A program made the translations under genes and the position numbers. Below the pieces are notes generated by a model. The model was not told where the DNA came from, made no database searches, and worked only from the letters and a program-made list of their open reading frames with translations. DNA of 64,000 nt from an uncultured Candidatus Woesearchaeota archaeon (GTDB lineage: Archaea > Nanobdellota > Nanobdellia > Woesearchaeales > DSVV01), in contig OY970338.1 in assembly GCA_963717515.1 (NCBI GenBank), positions 670,882-734,881 of the forward strand. Reading direction: 5' to 3'. Of the stretch, positions 19,025 to 27,566 are shown in pieces; position 1 is the first letter of the stretch; every line of letters starts with the position of its first letter.

Positions 19025-20179
19025 TCATCTCTTTTTGCTTTTGAGTGCCTGTTCGTATATCTCTGCATATTTTTCAGTTATCCTGTCCCAGGCGAAGTCT
19101 TTTTTGACGAGAGTGCGAATGTTCTTCCCGAATGATTCCCTCTTTTTTTCGTCAAGGAGACTCTGGACGGCTTTTTCTATGTCTCTTGGGTTGTTGTGGC
19201 TGACAAGATAGCCTGTCTTGCCGGCCTTCACGATGTCTTCTGCAACGCCAACTCTTGTCGATATTATCGGCAGCCCTGCTGCTCCTGCTTCGAGCAATGT
19301 CTGGCCGAAGTTCTCCCAGACAGAGGTGTATATGAATATGTCGGCGTTCATGTATTCTTCAATGAGACTTTTGCCGTATTTCGGGCCTGTGAACATGGAA
19401 TTTATGCTGTATTTTGCAGCTGTATGCCTGAGCAGGTCCAGGTAGCCGAGCCTGTCTGTATCAGTCCTCCTGGCCTCCCCGCCGACAACCCTAATACATA
19501 TCCTTTTGTCGTCGAGTTTTTTCAGTGCATCGAGAATAGGCATCAGGTTCCTGTCCTTGCTTATCCTGCCGACAAAGAGCAGAACAATCCTGTCGTCTTT
19601 ACGGTTCCTCATGCTGAACTTGTAATCATTGACATCGATTCCCATGGGTACGATATGCAGCTTCTGTTTTTTTACGCCGAAATCAAGCGCCTCGCCGTAT
19701 TCCTGGTTCGATGAGACGACGACTGCATCGGATTTTCTTATCAGCTTCTTTCCGCCGAGGATGTCGTAGGACCAGTACGGGACTTTATTTATGCCTTCTG
19801 TGATCTTCTTGTACCCGTGAAGCCCTCCGTGGGTGTTTATGATGAAGGGTATCTTCAGCTTCTTTGCAGCCTTGTACCCTATCTCTGACTGGTAGCTCCT
19901 GTAGTTGTGGGCATGTATGATGTCCGGACGGAATATTATGAATTCTTTCTTCATCTGAGGCGTGTAGAGGTATTTGAGATACTTCCCTTTGACTTTGAAT
20001 CTCCTTACAGGGATGTCCTTGTAATCCTCTTCTGCAGGGCTCTCTTCTGCCATGTAGTCTGTGGTGAAGATGCTGGAAGCGATGTTTTTGTCTTTGAGCT
20101 TTTTGCTTATCATGTACGCCTGGTTCGCAGGTCCTGACATGAACGGGTAGAATGACTCGATTGTTCTCAGGATCTTCAT
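19025..20179 (-). CDS. Glycosyltransferase family 4 (GT-B)
   Basis: MKILRTIESFYPFMSGPANQ and the C-terminal VWENFGQTLLEAGAAGLPIISTRVGVAEDIV (EX7E). Start moved to 20179 so it does not overlap the upstream gene. Confidence 0.8.
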   Translation of the reverse strand: MKILRTIESFYPFMSGPANQAYMISKKLKDKNIASSIFTTDYMAEESPAEEDYKDIPVRRFKVKGKYLKYLYTPQMKKEFIIFRPDIIHAHNYRSYQSEIGYKAAKKLKIPFIINTHGGLHGYKKITEGINKVPYWSYDILGGKKLIRKSDAVVVSSNQEYGEALDFGVKKQKLHIVPMGIDVNDYKFSMRNRKDDRIVLLFVGRISKDRNLMPILDALKKLDDKRICIRVVGGEARRTDTDRLGYLDLLRHTAAKYSINSMFTGPKYGKSLIEEYMNADIFIYTSVWENFGQTLLEAGAAGLPIISTRVGVAEDIVKAGKTGYLVSHNNPRDIEKAVQSLLDEKKRESFGKNIRTLVKKDFAWDRITEKYAEIYEQALKSKKR

Positions 20180-20208
20180 TTTCTGGATATATGGCCCAGG
20201 GCAATATC

Positions 20209-22287
20209 TTATCTGCTGCCCTTGGCAGACTTCACTACGCCGAATGTCGTCTCTGTGGCTGTTATGCATTCCTCTGCTGTCACGAGCGAGCTTTCTTTTC
20301 CTGCGAGGTGTGCTGCAAGCTCTTTCATCTCCTGCTCGTGGCCCTCGTCAGCCTTTCCTGCGTAGACTGTCTTTCCATTCAGCCTTATCTTCGAGAGGCT
20401 GCTCATCTCGATTGTGTTTGCGTCCTGGATGATTGTGCATGATTCCCTGCCAGCCCCCGAGCTTCCTATGCATGAGTATGTGAGAGTGCAGACGCTCCCG
20501 TCCTGGTATTTTATGACAGCTGATATGTTGTTGTCGTCATTCCCGCCTGCTGAAGATAGCTTGCTTGCCTGAACTGTCACGGGCTTCGATCCGGTGAGGA
20601 AATTGAAGATATCTAAGATATGGCATGCCTCGCCTATGACTCTGCCCCCGCCCACATCAGGCTGGTTGACCCAGTGGTCTGCGGGCAGGAAGGTATTGTT
20701 GAATACGTAATTTACCATCATCGGAGACTTGTCTGAGAGCATTGATTTTATTTTTTTGAATACAGGCGAATACCTCCTGTTGAACCCGCATGCATAGGTC
20801 TTGGCGGTTTTCCTTATCTCTTTTACCAGGGACTGGAAGGATTTCTCATCGATCGCCATGGGCTTCTCTGAGAACACATGCTTTCCCTTTTTCAGGGCCT
20901 CTGCTGCTATCTCTGCATGGCTGTCGTGCCTGGTCCCTATAATCACCAGGTCGACATTCTTGTCATTTATGATGTCTGCATAGCTCGTGCTCGCGATCTT
21001 CGCCCCGTGCTCTCTTGCGAGCTTCTTTGCATTCGGCCCGCTCTTTGTCGCTATTGCATATAGTGAGAATTCCTTTATGTTCTTTATCGCCGGCAGTATG
21101 AAGCCTTTGACGAACTGGCCAGCGCCGATTATTGCGACATTTATCTTTCCGGTCTTTTTGAATTTTTCATCTGCGACAATTGTCTGCGCTTCGTCTTTGG
21201 GGTTGTACCTCAAGAGCGCAGTCATCATCTTGCCCTGCTCGAGTCCGCTGTAGGCTGTCTTTGCGTCGCTGATGTCGAATACATCTTTTTTCATCTCGCT
21301 TATGTCGAGCTTCTTTGTGGAGAGGAGTTCAAGCACTGCTCTCAGGTTCCTGCCGGATGTCCATCTTGCGTATTCTATAGGGTAATCCTTTCCCTGCTCG
21401 TAGATCTGGTCCAGGGAGCCTGCGCCGAATGCAGTGGATATTTTGAAATCCAGCTCTTTTTCGAACATCTTCTGCCTGTCTATATCAAGATTGCATATGC
21501 CTAACAGGACCACCCTTCCTTTTTTCCTGCACATGTCGAATGCGTCGTTGACAAGGTTCTTTTTCGAGGATGCCGCTATTATGACGCCGTCTGCGCCAGC
21601 TCCGTCTGTTGCGTTCATGACATTCTTTATCGTGTTTTTGGTTATTCCCACGTCGATGTACGACTTTCCTGTCTTTTCCCTGTCAATGTCAATGCCTATG
21701 ACCCTGCAGCCGTTCGCTCTCAGGAGCTGGGCCACCATCTGGCCTATGAGCCCGAGGCCTATGACAACAATGTTCTCGCCTAATTGCGGCTCGAGCTGTC
21801 TTATGGACTGGAGTGCTATGCATCCTATGCCTGAGAATGCTGCATCATCGAATTTCAGGCCTTTTGGTATCTTTGCTGCAAAGGTCTTCGGCACTGCTAC
21901 GTACTCTGCGTGGTTTGCAAAGCCTGAGCCGATGCACGCTACCCTGTCGCCCACACCGAAGCCTGCTGCGTTTTTCCCGGCCTTCACCACAGTCCCTGCC
22001 GAGCTGTATCCTAAGAGGTGCCAGACATCGAGCCTGCTCTTGACAACGTCCATTGTCTTTTTCACTCCAGAGCTTTTGGCGAAGTCCAATACCTGTCTTG
22101 TCAGGTCAGGCCTGTCGAGCGCCATCTTCCATAACGGCTTCTTCATCAGGCTTATCATGGATTTTTCCGTGCCTGCGCTGAGGACTGAGAAAGCGTTCTT
22201 TACAAGGAGCTCGTTGTCGCCTATCTCCGGTACAGGGACATCCTTCACCCTGACCCTTCCGCTCTTGTCGAATATGACCTGTTTCAT
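20209..22287 (-). CDS. Two-domain oxidoreductase: MDR/zinc-ADH-like N-terminal half fused to a Gfo/Idh/MocA C-terminal half
   Basis: 692 aa. N-terminal half has GDRVACIGSGFANHAEYV and IGLGLIGQ. C-terminal half has INVAIIGAGQFVKG and VFSEKPMAI. Confidence 0.75.
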   Translation of the reverse strand: MKQVIFDKSGRVRVKDVPVPEIGDNELLVKNAFSVLSAGTEKSMISLMKKPLWKMALDRPDLTRQVLDFAKSSGVKKTMDVVKSRLDVWHLLGYSSAGTVVKAGKNAAGFGVGDRVACIGSGFANHAEYVAVPKTFAAKIPKGLKFDDAAFSGIGCIALQSIRQLEPQLGENIVVIGLGLIGQMVAQLLRANGCRVIGIDIDREKTGKSYIDVGITKNTIKNVMNATDGAGADGVIIAASSKKNLVNDAFDMCRKKGRVVLLGICNLDIDRQKMFEKELDFKISTAFGAGSLDQIYEQGKDYPIEYARWTSGRNLRAVLELLSTKKLDISEMKKDVFDISDAKTAYSGLEQGKMMTALLRYNPKDEAQTIVADEKFKKTGKINVAIIGAGQFVKGFILPAIKNIKEFSLYAIATKSGPNAKKLAREHGAKIASTSYADIINDKNVDLVIIGTRHDSHAEIAAEALKKGKHVFSEKPMAIDEKSFQSLVKEIRKTAKTYACGFNRRYSPVFKKIKSMLSDKSPMMVNYVFNNTFLPADHWVNQPDVGGGRVIGEACHILDIFNFLTGSKPVTVQASKLSSAGGNDDNNISAVIKYQDGSVCTLTYSCIGSSGAGRESCTIIQDANTIEMSSLSKIRLNGKTVYAGKADEGHEQEMKELAAHLAGKESSLVTAEECITATETTFGVVKSAKGSR

Positions 22288-22366
22288 GCTGTTTTAGCCT
22301 CTCTGCATATTGTGATGATTATTCCATTTATAAATTTTAGGAATGACAGGTACTTTTTATGGTTTT

Positions 22367-22696
22367 TCAGAACATCTCATAGATGAACGGAGATACTGAA
22401 TCTGACTGGCGGACATCGGCGAACTCAGGAGCTAGCTCCATGAGCTTTTTCGGGAGTTTTTCCAGTCCTGAGTCTTTCCATATCGCTTCAAGGGATGATA
22501 TTATCTTGTCTTGGTCTTTGAGTTTCAGCTCGAAATCCTCTTTTCGGAGGTTTTGGTCCTTCCTTTCCATGAAATAATCATCTGCTCCCTTTTCCTTGAT
22601 GACTGATATTTTTGAAATCCCTGAAAGGGGGACAAGTTCCTCGTCAAAGAACTTTGTCAATATCTTTTTCTGCTTCTCAGTCGAGCTCATACTCAT
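22367..22696 (-). CDS. Hypothetical small acidic protein
   Basis: About 109 aa, soluble, no motif I recognise. Overlaps the 3' end of the carbamoyltransferase gene. Start uncertain (22720/22696/22690). Confidence 0.4.
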   Translation of the reverse strand: MSMSSTEKQKKILTKFFDEELVPLSGISKISVIKEKGADDYFMERKDQNLRKEDFELKLKDQDKIISSLEAIWKDSGLEKLPKKLMELAPEFADVRQSDSVSPFIYEMF

Positions 22697-24503
22697 CCCT
22701 CCAGTCTTCCTTGTCGTCAAACTCTGGCTGGTCTTTCCTGTAAATGATCTGGTTTTCGATCACCAGCACGTCCATCCCTGTCCTCATGAAGCACTTGTAG
22801 GCATCCTGGGGTGTGCAGATTATGGGCTCGCCCCTGACATTGAACGAGGTGTTGACTATCACGCCATAGCCTGTGAGCTTCTCGAATTCAGATATCAGTT
22901 CGTGGTAATCAGGCTTGTCTCTTGCATCCACTGTCTGGATCCTTGCGCTGCAGTCCACGTGGGTCACAGCTGGTATGTCGCTTCTTTCCTGGTTGACTAT
23001 GTCATGGATGTCTTTTATCTCTATCTTCGGCACTTTCTTGCACCTGCTCTTCTTCACCCGGGCTACGAGGAGCATGTAGGGGCTTGGGACATCGAGGTCG
23101 AAGTATTGGCTGCATTTTTCAACCAATACTGAAGGTGCGAACGGACGGAATGATTCCCTGTACTTTATCTTGAGGTTCATGACGCTCTGGGTCTTCGGGT
23201 TTCTTGCATCTCCCAGGATTGAGCGTGCGCCCAGGGCTCTTGGCCCGAACTCGAGCCGTCCTGCCATATAGCCCACGATGTTTCCCACAGCTATCTCTTT
23301 TGCAGCTATTTTTGCCCGTTCTTTGTCTGTGACTGTCTTGTATGGGTAATCGTGATTGTCGAGGAATGCTTTTATTTCTGCGTTGCTGAACCTGGGACCG
23401 AGGTAGGAACCTTTCTGGCCGTCTCTTTCTTTATCTGGTGTTTTTCTTTTTACTTTGAAATATTCGTGCGTTGTTATCAGAGCAGCCCCTAAAGAGCCTC
23501 CTGCATCGCCGGCAGCTGGCTGTATCCAGATGTTCTCGAATATCTTCTCTTTCAATAGTTTTCCGTTTGCCACACAGTTGAGCGCCACGCCTCCAGCAAG
23601 GCAGATGTTCTTCTTTTTTGTAAGCTCTTTTGCATGGCGGCATAATTTGAGGAATATCTCTTCAGTGACATTCTGGATGGATGCTGCGATGTCCATCTCC
23701 CTTTTTGTCAGCTTTGATTCAGGCTCTCTTGGCTTGCCTTTGAATAATTTGTGGAATCTCTCGTTTGTCATGCTGAGCGAGTCCATGTAGCCGAAATATT
23801 CCATGTTTAATCTGAATGAGCCGTTTTCCTTTATGTCTATCATCTTGGATTTGATGAGGTCTGCGTATATGGGCTTTCCGTACGGCGCAAGGCCCATGAG
23901 CTTGTATTCGCCTGAATTGACCTTGAACCCGCAGAACTGTGTGAATGCGCTGTACATGAGACCCAGGGAATCAGGGAAATGGATCTCTTTCTTGATTCTT
24001 ATTCCGTCTTTGTCTCCTTCTCCTATGGAGAGAGTCGACCATTCGCCCACGCCGTCGATCGTCAGGATAGCGGCCTCTTCAAAAGGAGAGGGGTAGAATG
24101 CGCTTGCAGCATGGGAGAAATGATGCTCAGAATAGAGAACAGGTCCATTGTAGTCCAGGGTGTCTCTTACTATCTTTTCTATGAATAATTTTGCAGAGAG
24201 CCAGCCAGGCGCGCCTTTCAGCCATGGTCCTATGCCTTTTTTTCCTGCGGTTATCAGGCTCTTTATTATCCTGTCGAATGTCAGGACAGGGTTGTCGTAG
24301 AACACTATAGCGGTTATTTCATTCGGTTCTATCTCTGCCTCTTCGAGACAATATTGGATTGCGTGTATGGGGAACCTCGGGTCGTGCTTCTTCCTCGAGA
24401 ACCTCTCCTCGTGAGCAGCTGCTATTATCTCGCCGTCTTTCACCAGGCTTGCAGCTGAGTCATGGTAGAATGCTGATATCCCGAGGACGAATACAGGCTT
24501 CAT
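22677..24503 (-). CDS. Carbamoyltransferase (NodU/CmcH family)
   Basis: MKPVFVLGISAFYHDSAASLV plus a C-terminal carbamoyltransferase region, about 608 aa. ATGA overlap with the SGNH gene. Confidence 0.85.
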   Translation of the reverse strand: MKPVFVLGISAFYHDSAASLVKDGEIIAAAHEERFSRKKHDPRFPIHAIQYCLEEAEIEPNEITAIVFYDNPVLTFDRIIKSLITAGKKGIGPWLKGAPGWLSAKLFIEKIVRDTLDYNGPVLYSEHHFSHAASAFYPSPFEEAAILTIDGVGEWSTLSIGEGDKDGIRIKKEIHFPDSLGLMYSAFTQFCGFKVNSGEYKLMGLAPYGKPIYADLIKSKMIDIKENGSFRLNMEYFGYMDSLSMTNERFHKLFKGKPREPESKLTKREMDIAASIQNVTEEIFLKLCRHAKELTKKKNICLAGGVALNCVANGKLLKEKIFENIWIQPAAGDAGGSLGAALITTHEYFKVKRKTPDKERDGQKGSYLGPRFSNAEIKAFLDNHDYPYKTVTDKERAKIAAKEIAVGNIVGYMAGRLEFGPRALGARSILGDARNPKTQSVMNLKIKYRESFRPFAPSVLVEKCSQYFDLDVPSPYMLLVARVKKSRCKKVPKIEIKDIHDIVNQERSDIPAVTHVDCSARIQTVDARDKPDYHELISEFEKLTGYGVIVNTSFNVRGEPIICTPQDAYKCFMRTGMDVLVIENQIIYRKDQPEFDDKEDWRDEYELD

Positions 24504-25504
24504 GCTTTTTTCCATGTTTCATATGTCCCTTTTATGTATTGCGATATCCCGTCGGCGATTATTTCGTGGCCTAAAGGTGTAGGGTGCTGGTCATTTTTGA
24601 ACCTGCATCTCCTTCTTGTGTCTTTTGATTCTTTCCAGAACCTGGGGAGGAGGTCGCCTACCTTTATTTTGGTATCTTGTTCCAGCTCTTTGAACCTTTT
24701 CTGGAAACTGCCAGGGTCTGCAAGGTTCTCTATGTAATGATACACCGGGATTGGGCAGATCATCGGCTTTTTTGCTTCTTCTGTCCAGGTCTTGAGGAGC
24801 TTTTTCATGAGCACCCAGCCGGGGCTGTCTTTATCATTGTACTCAGGGAAGGGCTGGTATCCCAATGTCTTCTGGAGCTTGTCTTTTATATTTGGCGCTT
24901 TTCTCAGAAGCCTGTCTGCGACAGGATGCCTTCCCCCTTCGTCGATGTATTGCTTCAGTTCCGGGTTGTCCTTCATGTCTTTTTCTGTAAGTGTTATTTT
25001 TGGCACCGGGCTGTTGTTTAGCCTGAGAGCGTTGTTTTCCATCGTGAAATACGGCTTTGCCCTTGCTGATAATTCTCCTGTCTCTGCGCTTCTCGAAAGC
25101 CTGTACCTTGCCATGTTGCGCCTTATGTTCTCTGCGAGCGGGCATATCAGGAGCAGGTCGTAATCTATATCTTTTGCAAATTCTTTGAATATGAGGTACT
25201 GCTGGTCTGTGCCTGAGCCCGGGAGTCCGAAATTGAGCACTTCTGTGCCTGGGAATCTTTTTTCTAGGAGGTCTCCGAACCTGTACTTGTTGCTCACTCC
25301 CTCGCCTGCTGTGTATGAGTCACCGAAGAGAAGGATTCTATAGGTGTTTTCTGGCTTTTTTTTGGTCACCTCGTGCTCGCAGCGGAAGCCGGCCTGGTTG
25401 GCCTTCACCAGAAACCCGCCTCCCTCGTGGCTGACCCTCGCCTTTATGCCCGGGATGAAGGTATAACCGATCACCGGATGATACTGGAAGAGATTTCTGT
25501 TCAT
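24500..25504 (-). CDS. SGNH/GDSL-type hydrolase (esterase/acyl-transfer fold)
   Basis: Block I ILLFGDSYTAGEGV and block II-like FGLPGSGTD. 334 aa. Confidence 0.65.
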   Translation of the reverse strand: MNRNLFQYHPVIGYTFIPGIKARVSHEGGGFLVKANQAGFRCEHEVTKKKPENTYRILLFGDSYTAGEGVSNKYRFGDLLEKRFPGTEVLNFGLPGSGTDQQYLIFKEFAKDIDYDLLLICPLAENIRRNMARYRLSRSAETGELSARAKPYFTMENNALRLNNSPVPKITLTEKDMKDNPELKQYIDEGGRHPVADRLLRKAPNIKDKLQKTLGYQPFPEYNDKDSPGWVLMKKLLKTWTEEAKKPMICPIPVYHYIENLADPGSFQKRFKELEQDTKIKVGDLLPRFWKESKDTRRRCRFKNDQHPTPLGHEIIADGISQYIKGTYETWKKA

Positions 25505-25671
25505 GCATGCACCTGACTCGGAGAATGGGATGGAGGTATTTAAAGTTTTTGAACTGTGTGTCTAGATAAGGAAATAATATAGCAGTTGAGAAAACGACTT
25601 AGAAATATTTATAAATTAGTTATCCTTGATAGAATTTATTAACAAAAATAAGATTAAAATAGGTGATTATT

Positions 25672-25812
25672 ATGGCAACGGATATTACAACAATCAGTTT
25701 ATCAATAAGCATTGGAACTCTCGCAGCTTTGGTTTATACTTTAAGAGTTGTTGTTTTGCTTGATAGAAAAATTTCAAAATTAATGAAACATCAAGGAATA
25801 AGTCAAAAATAA
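25672..25812 (+). CDS. Unannotated 46-aa single-TM small ORF
   Basis: My own translation is MATDITTISLSISIGTLAALVYTLRVVVLLDRKISKLMKHQGISQK. AGGTGA lies 5 nt upstream of the ATG. Below the ORF-track cutoff. Confidence 0.35.
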   Translation: MATDITTISLSISIGTLAALVYTLRVVVLLDRKISKLMKHQGISQK

Positions 25813-25908
25813 TTGACTAATATTCAACTGAAACTGACCTCGTGTTTAAACTTAATAAGATGGAGAATAAAGACCTCTGTCTATTCTCCCCGACTTCTCA
25901 TCCATAAC

Positions 25909-25916
25909 CTTTAAAA
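25909..25916 (+). promoter_or_regulatory. TATA-like box CTTTAAAA (duplicated copy)
   Basis: Identical box at the same offset as 27425-27432, 24 nt upstream of the ATG at 25940. Confidence 0.5.
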
Positions 25917-25939
25917 ACGCCTCTGTGTTCTGCATGGTC

Positions 25940-26047
25940 ATGGCAGTCATGAAATCATTGAAGCTCGGGGCTGAAGGGATCGTCTCAGGTACCAGGTATC
26001 ACTGGAACAAGTCCCGTGGGAAGAGGCAGTTCCCTCTTTTCCTCTGA
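25940..26047 (+). pseudogene. Truncated 5' fragment of a radical SAM/SPASM gene (35 codons then stop)
   Basis: MAVMKSLKLGAEGIVSGTRYHWNKSRGKRQFPLFL* compared with MAVLKSLKLGAEGVVSGTKYHYNKARGKRQYPTFLIYQ at 27456. It ends before the CxxxCxxC cluster. Confidence 0.8.
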
Positions 26048-26144
26048 TAAAGTTCTAAACTCAGCAACATTTATATTAAACACCCTCCACCCCAACATAT
26101 AAGAGGTGAGCCAGGAATCACCTAGACTGATTCTGGAGTTGAAA

Positions 26145-26531
26145 ATGTTCAAAATTTTGCTGATTGATGATAAAGATCGTAAGAAGGACAAGATAGATGG
26201 GATCCTTCATTATTACAAGGAGGATCATGGAGAGGATACTGTCTCCATGGAGGCTTTCAAAGATGAAAGATCAGGCCTGGAAGCCCTTGTCCCGGGCAGG
26301 TATGACCTGGTCCTTCTGGACCAGTATCTGGACGAGGGAGGAAACAAATTAGGGACCTCATTGATTCCAGAGATAAGACAGATTGACCCGGATGTAAAAA
26401 TATGGATGTATACAAGTGCAATCAATTTTGAAACATCGAAAAAAGCAGGAGCAGATGATGTATTGAATCCTTCTTCCATCAATTATTTTGACAAGTTATA
26501 TAACCATATATTGCATCAAGTTAATAAGTAA
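26145..26531 (+). CDS. Stand-alone CheY-like response-regulator receiver domain
   Basis: MFKILLIDDKD, the acceptor region YDLVLLDQYL, WMYTSA and KKAGADDVL. GGAG lies 6 nt upstream of the ATG at 26145. The coding sequence is low in GC. Confidence 0.75.
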   Translation: MFKILLIDDKDRKKDKIDGILHYYKEDHGEDTVSMEAFKDERSGLEALVPGRYDLVLLDQYLDEGGNKLGTSLIPEIRQIDPDVKIWMYTSAINFETSKKAGADDVLNPSSINYFDKLYNHILHQVNK

Positions 26532-26605
26532 ATTTCAAAATAGTCCCTTATTAGTGGTGACAAAATAGAAACATTTATATATTAGTTATATCTAATCATA
26601 CTAAT

Positions 26606-27325
26606 ATGGACAATTATAATGTTATTTATGGCAGGTATATGTATACTATTCGTGCTATCCAGGAAGCTGAACGTGAAGGGACATTTAAAGACCTTCCTGA
26701 TAAGCTATTGGAGATTGATGATCTTGTAACGAAAATATTCGATTCAACTGAACCACCTGAAAAAGAGACTAAAGAATTTAAGGATTACATAATCAAAACA
26801 GGTTCAGTCCCTTTGCCGACAGACGAGCAGATAGAAGATTTTGCTAAGACCTTGCATAATAGAGGAAAAAAAGGATACAGGGGTAATTATTTTCATGGAT
26901 ATCATTTCTTTATTGATCCAGCTGCAGGACAAAGTGGGTATGGGTATTTTGAAATACCAAAATTTGAAAGTCTTTCAGGCGGGTATTGTAGAAATATTTC
27001 TCCAAAAAATCCAAATGAAAATCCAAATTCCAGGGATGAGTACTTGTCCAGATTTGGATATATAGACTTTACACATTTGATCAATGATGGAAAATTAGAA
27101 GATCAGATATTAGCGTTTTCTTTAGATAAAGAGATGACATATGCTGATTTGGAAAAGACTGAATTATTCATACCTGTTCCAAGGGAAATAACTCGTTTGG
27201 TAAGGCTCGTTAAATATGAAGCAGGTTTTAGTTATGGAAATAAGATGAGACCCTTTACTTGGATTGAACAGATACATAAAATGGTCGAAGTAGTCAAAGC
27301 AGGCAGAGAGAAATATGCAGCATAA
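26606..27325 (+). CDS. Hypothetical 239-aa soluble protein, no recognisable family
   Basis: Long ORF with no competing frame, low GC, Gly/Tyr-rich centre (GYRGNYFHGYHFFIDPAAGQSGYGYFEIP). Confidence 0.55.
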   Translation: MDNYNVIYGRYMYTIRAIQEAEREGTFKDLPDKLLEIDDLVTKIFDSTEPPEKETKEFKDYIIKTGSVPLPTDEQIEDFAKTLHNRGKKGYRGNYFHGYHFFIDPAAGQSGYGYFEIPKFESLSGGYCRNISPKNPNENPNSRDEYLSRFGYIDFTHLINDGKLEDQILAFSLDKEMTYADLEKTELFIPVPREITRLVRLVKYEAGFSYGNKMRPFTWIEQIHKMVEVVKAGREKYAA

Positions 27326-27398
27326 TCCTCAATCCCTTTCTCATTGTTTAGGATTATTGAAAATTGAGATTAACAATAATCAATGCAAAATCAACACA

Positions 27399-27566
27399 AT
27401 TCTCACCGACTTCTCATTCATAACCTTTAAAAGCCCGTTTGTGTTCTTGCAATAGATGGCAGTGCTCAAATCATTGAAGCTCGGGGCTGAGGGAGTTGTC
27501 TCAGGGACGAAGTACCATTACAACAAGGCCCGTGGGAAGAGGCAGTATCCGACATTCCTGATATAC
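27399..27566 (+). repeat. Direct repeat copy B (native promoter and 5' end of the radical SAM gene)
   Basis: See copy A. Confidence 0.85.
27425..27432 (+). promoter_or_regulatory. TATA-like box CTTTAAAA of the radical SAM gene
   Basis: 24 nt upstream of the ATG at 27456, consistent with a leaderless or short-leader transcript. Confidence 0.5.

Larger units (their letters stand above)
25883..26050 (+). repeat. Direct repeat copy A (duplicate of the radical SAM promoter and 5' coding region)
   Basis: Aligns without gaps at a constant offset of 1516 nt to 27399-27566, about 80% identity by eye. A 1-nt indel occurs near the end. Confidence 0.85.

Noticed and set aside
25505-25671. Possible tRNA or other RNA gene in the intergenic regions 25505-25671, 37896-38045, 40682-40850, 46904-46985 and 57000-57113
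   Set aside because: I could not find a GTTCRANYC T-loop with a matching acceptor stem in any of them. They contain only TATA-like boxes.
25505-27455. Classical mobile element (IS, integron cassette or provirus) explaining the low-GC cassette
   Set aside because: No transposase, integrase or terminal inverted repeats are present. The flanking direct repeats are about 165 bp of host gene sequence at only about 80% identity, which is unlike short target-site duplications.
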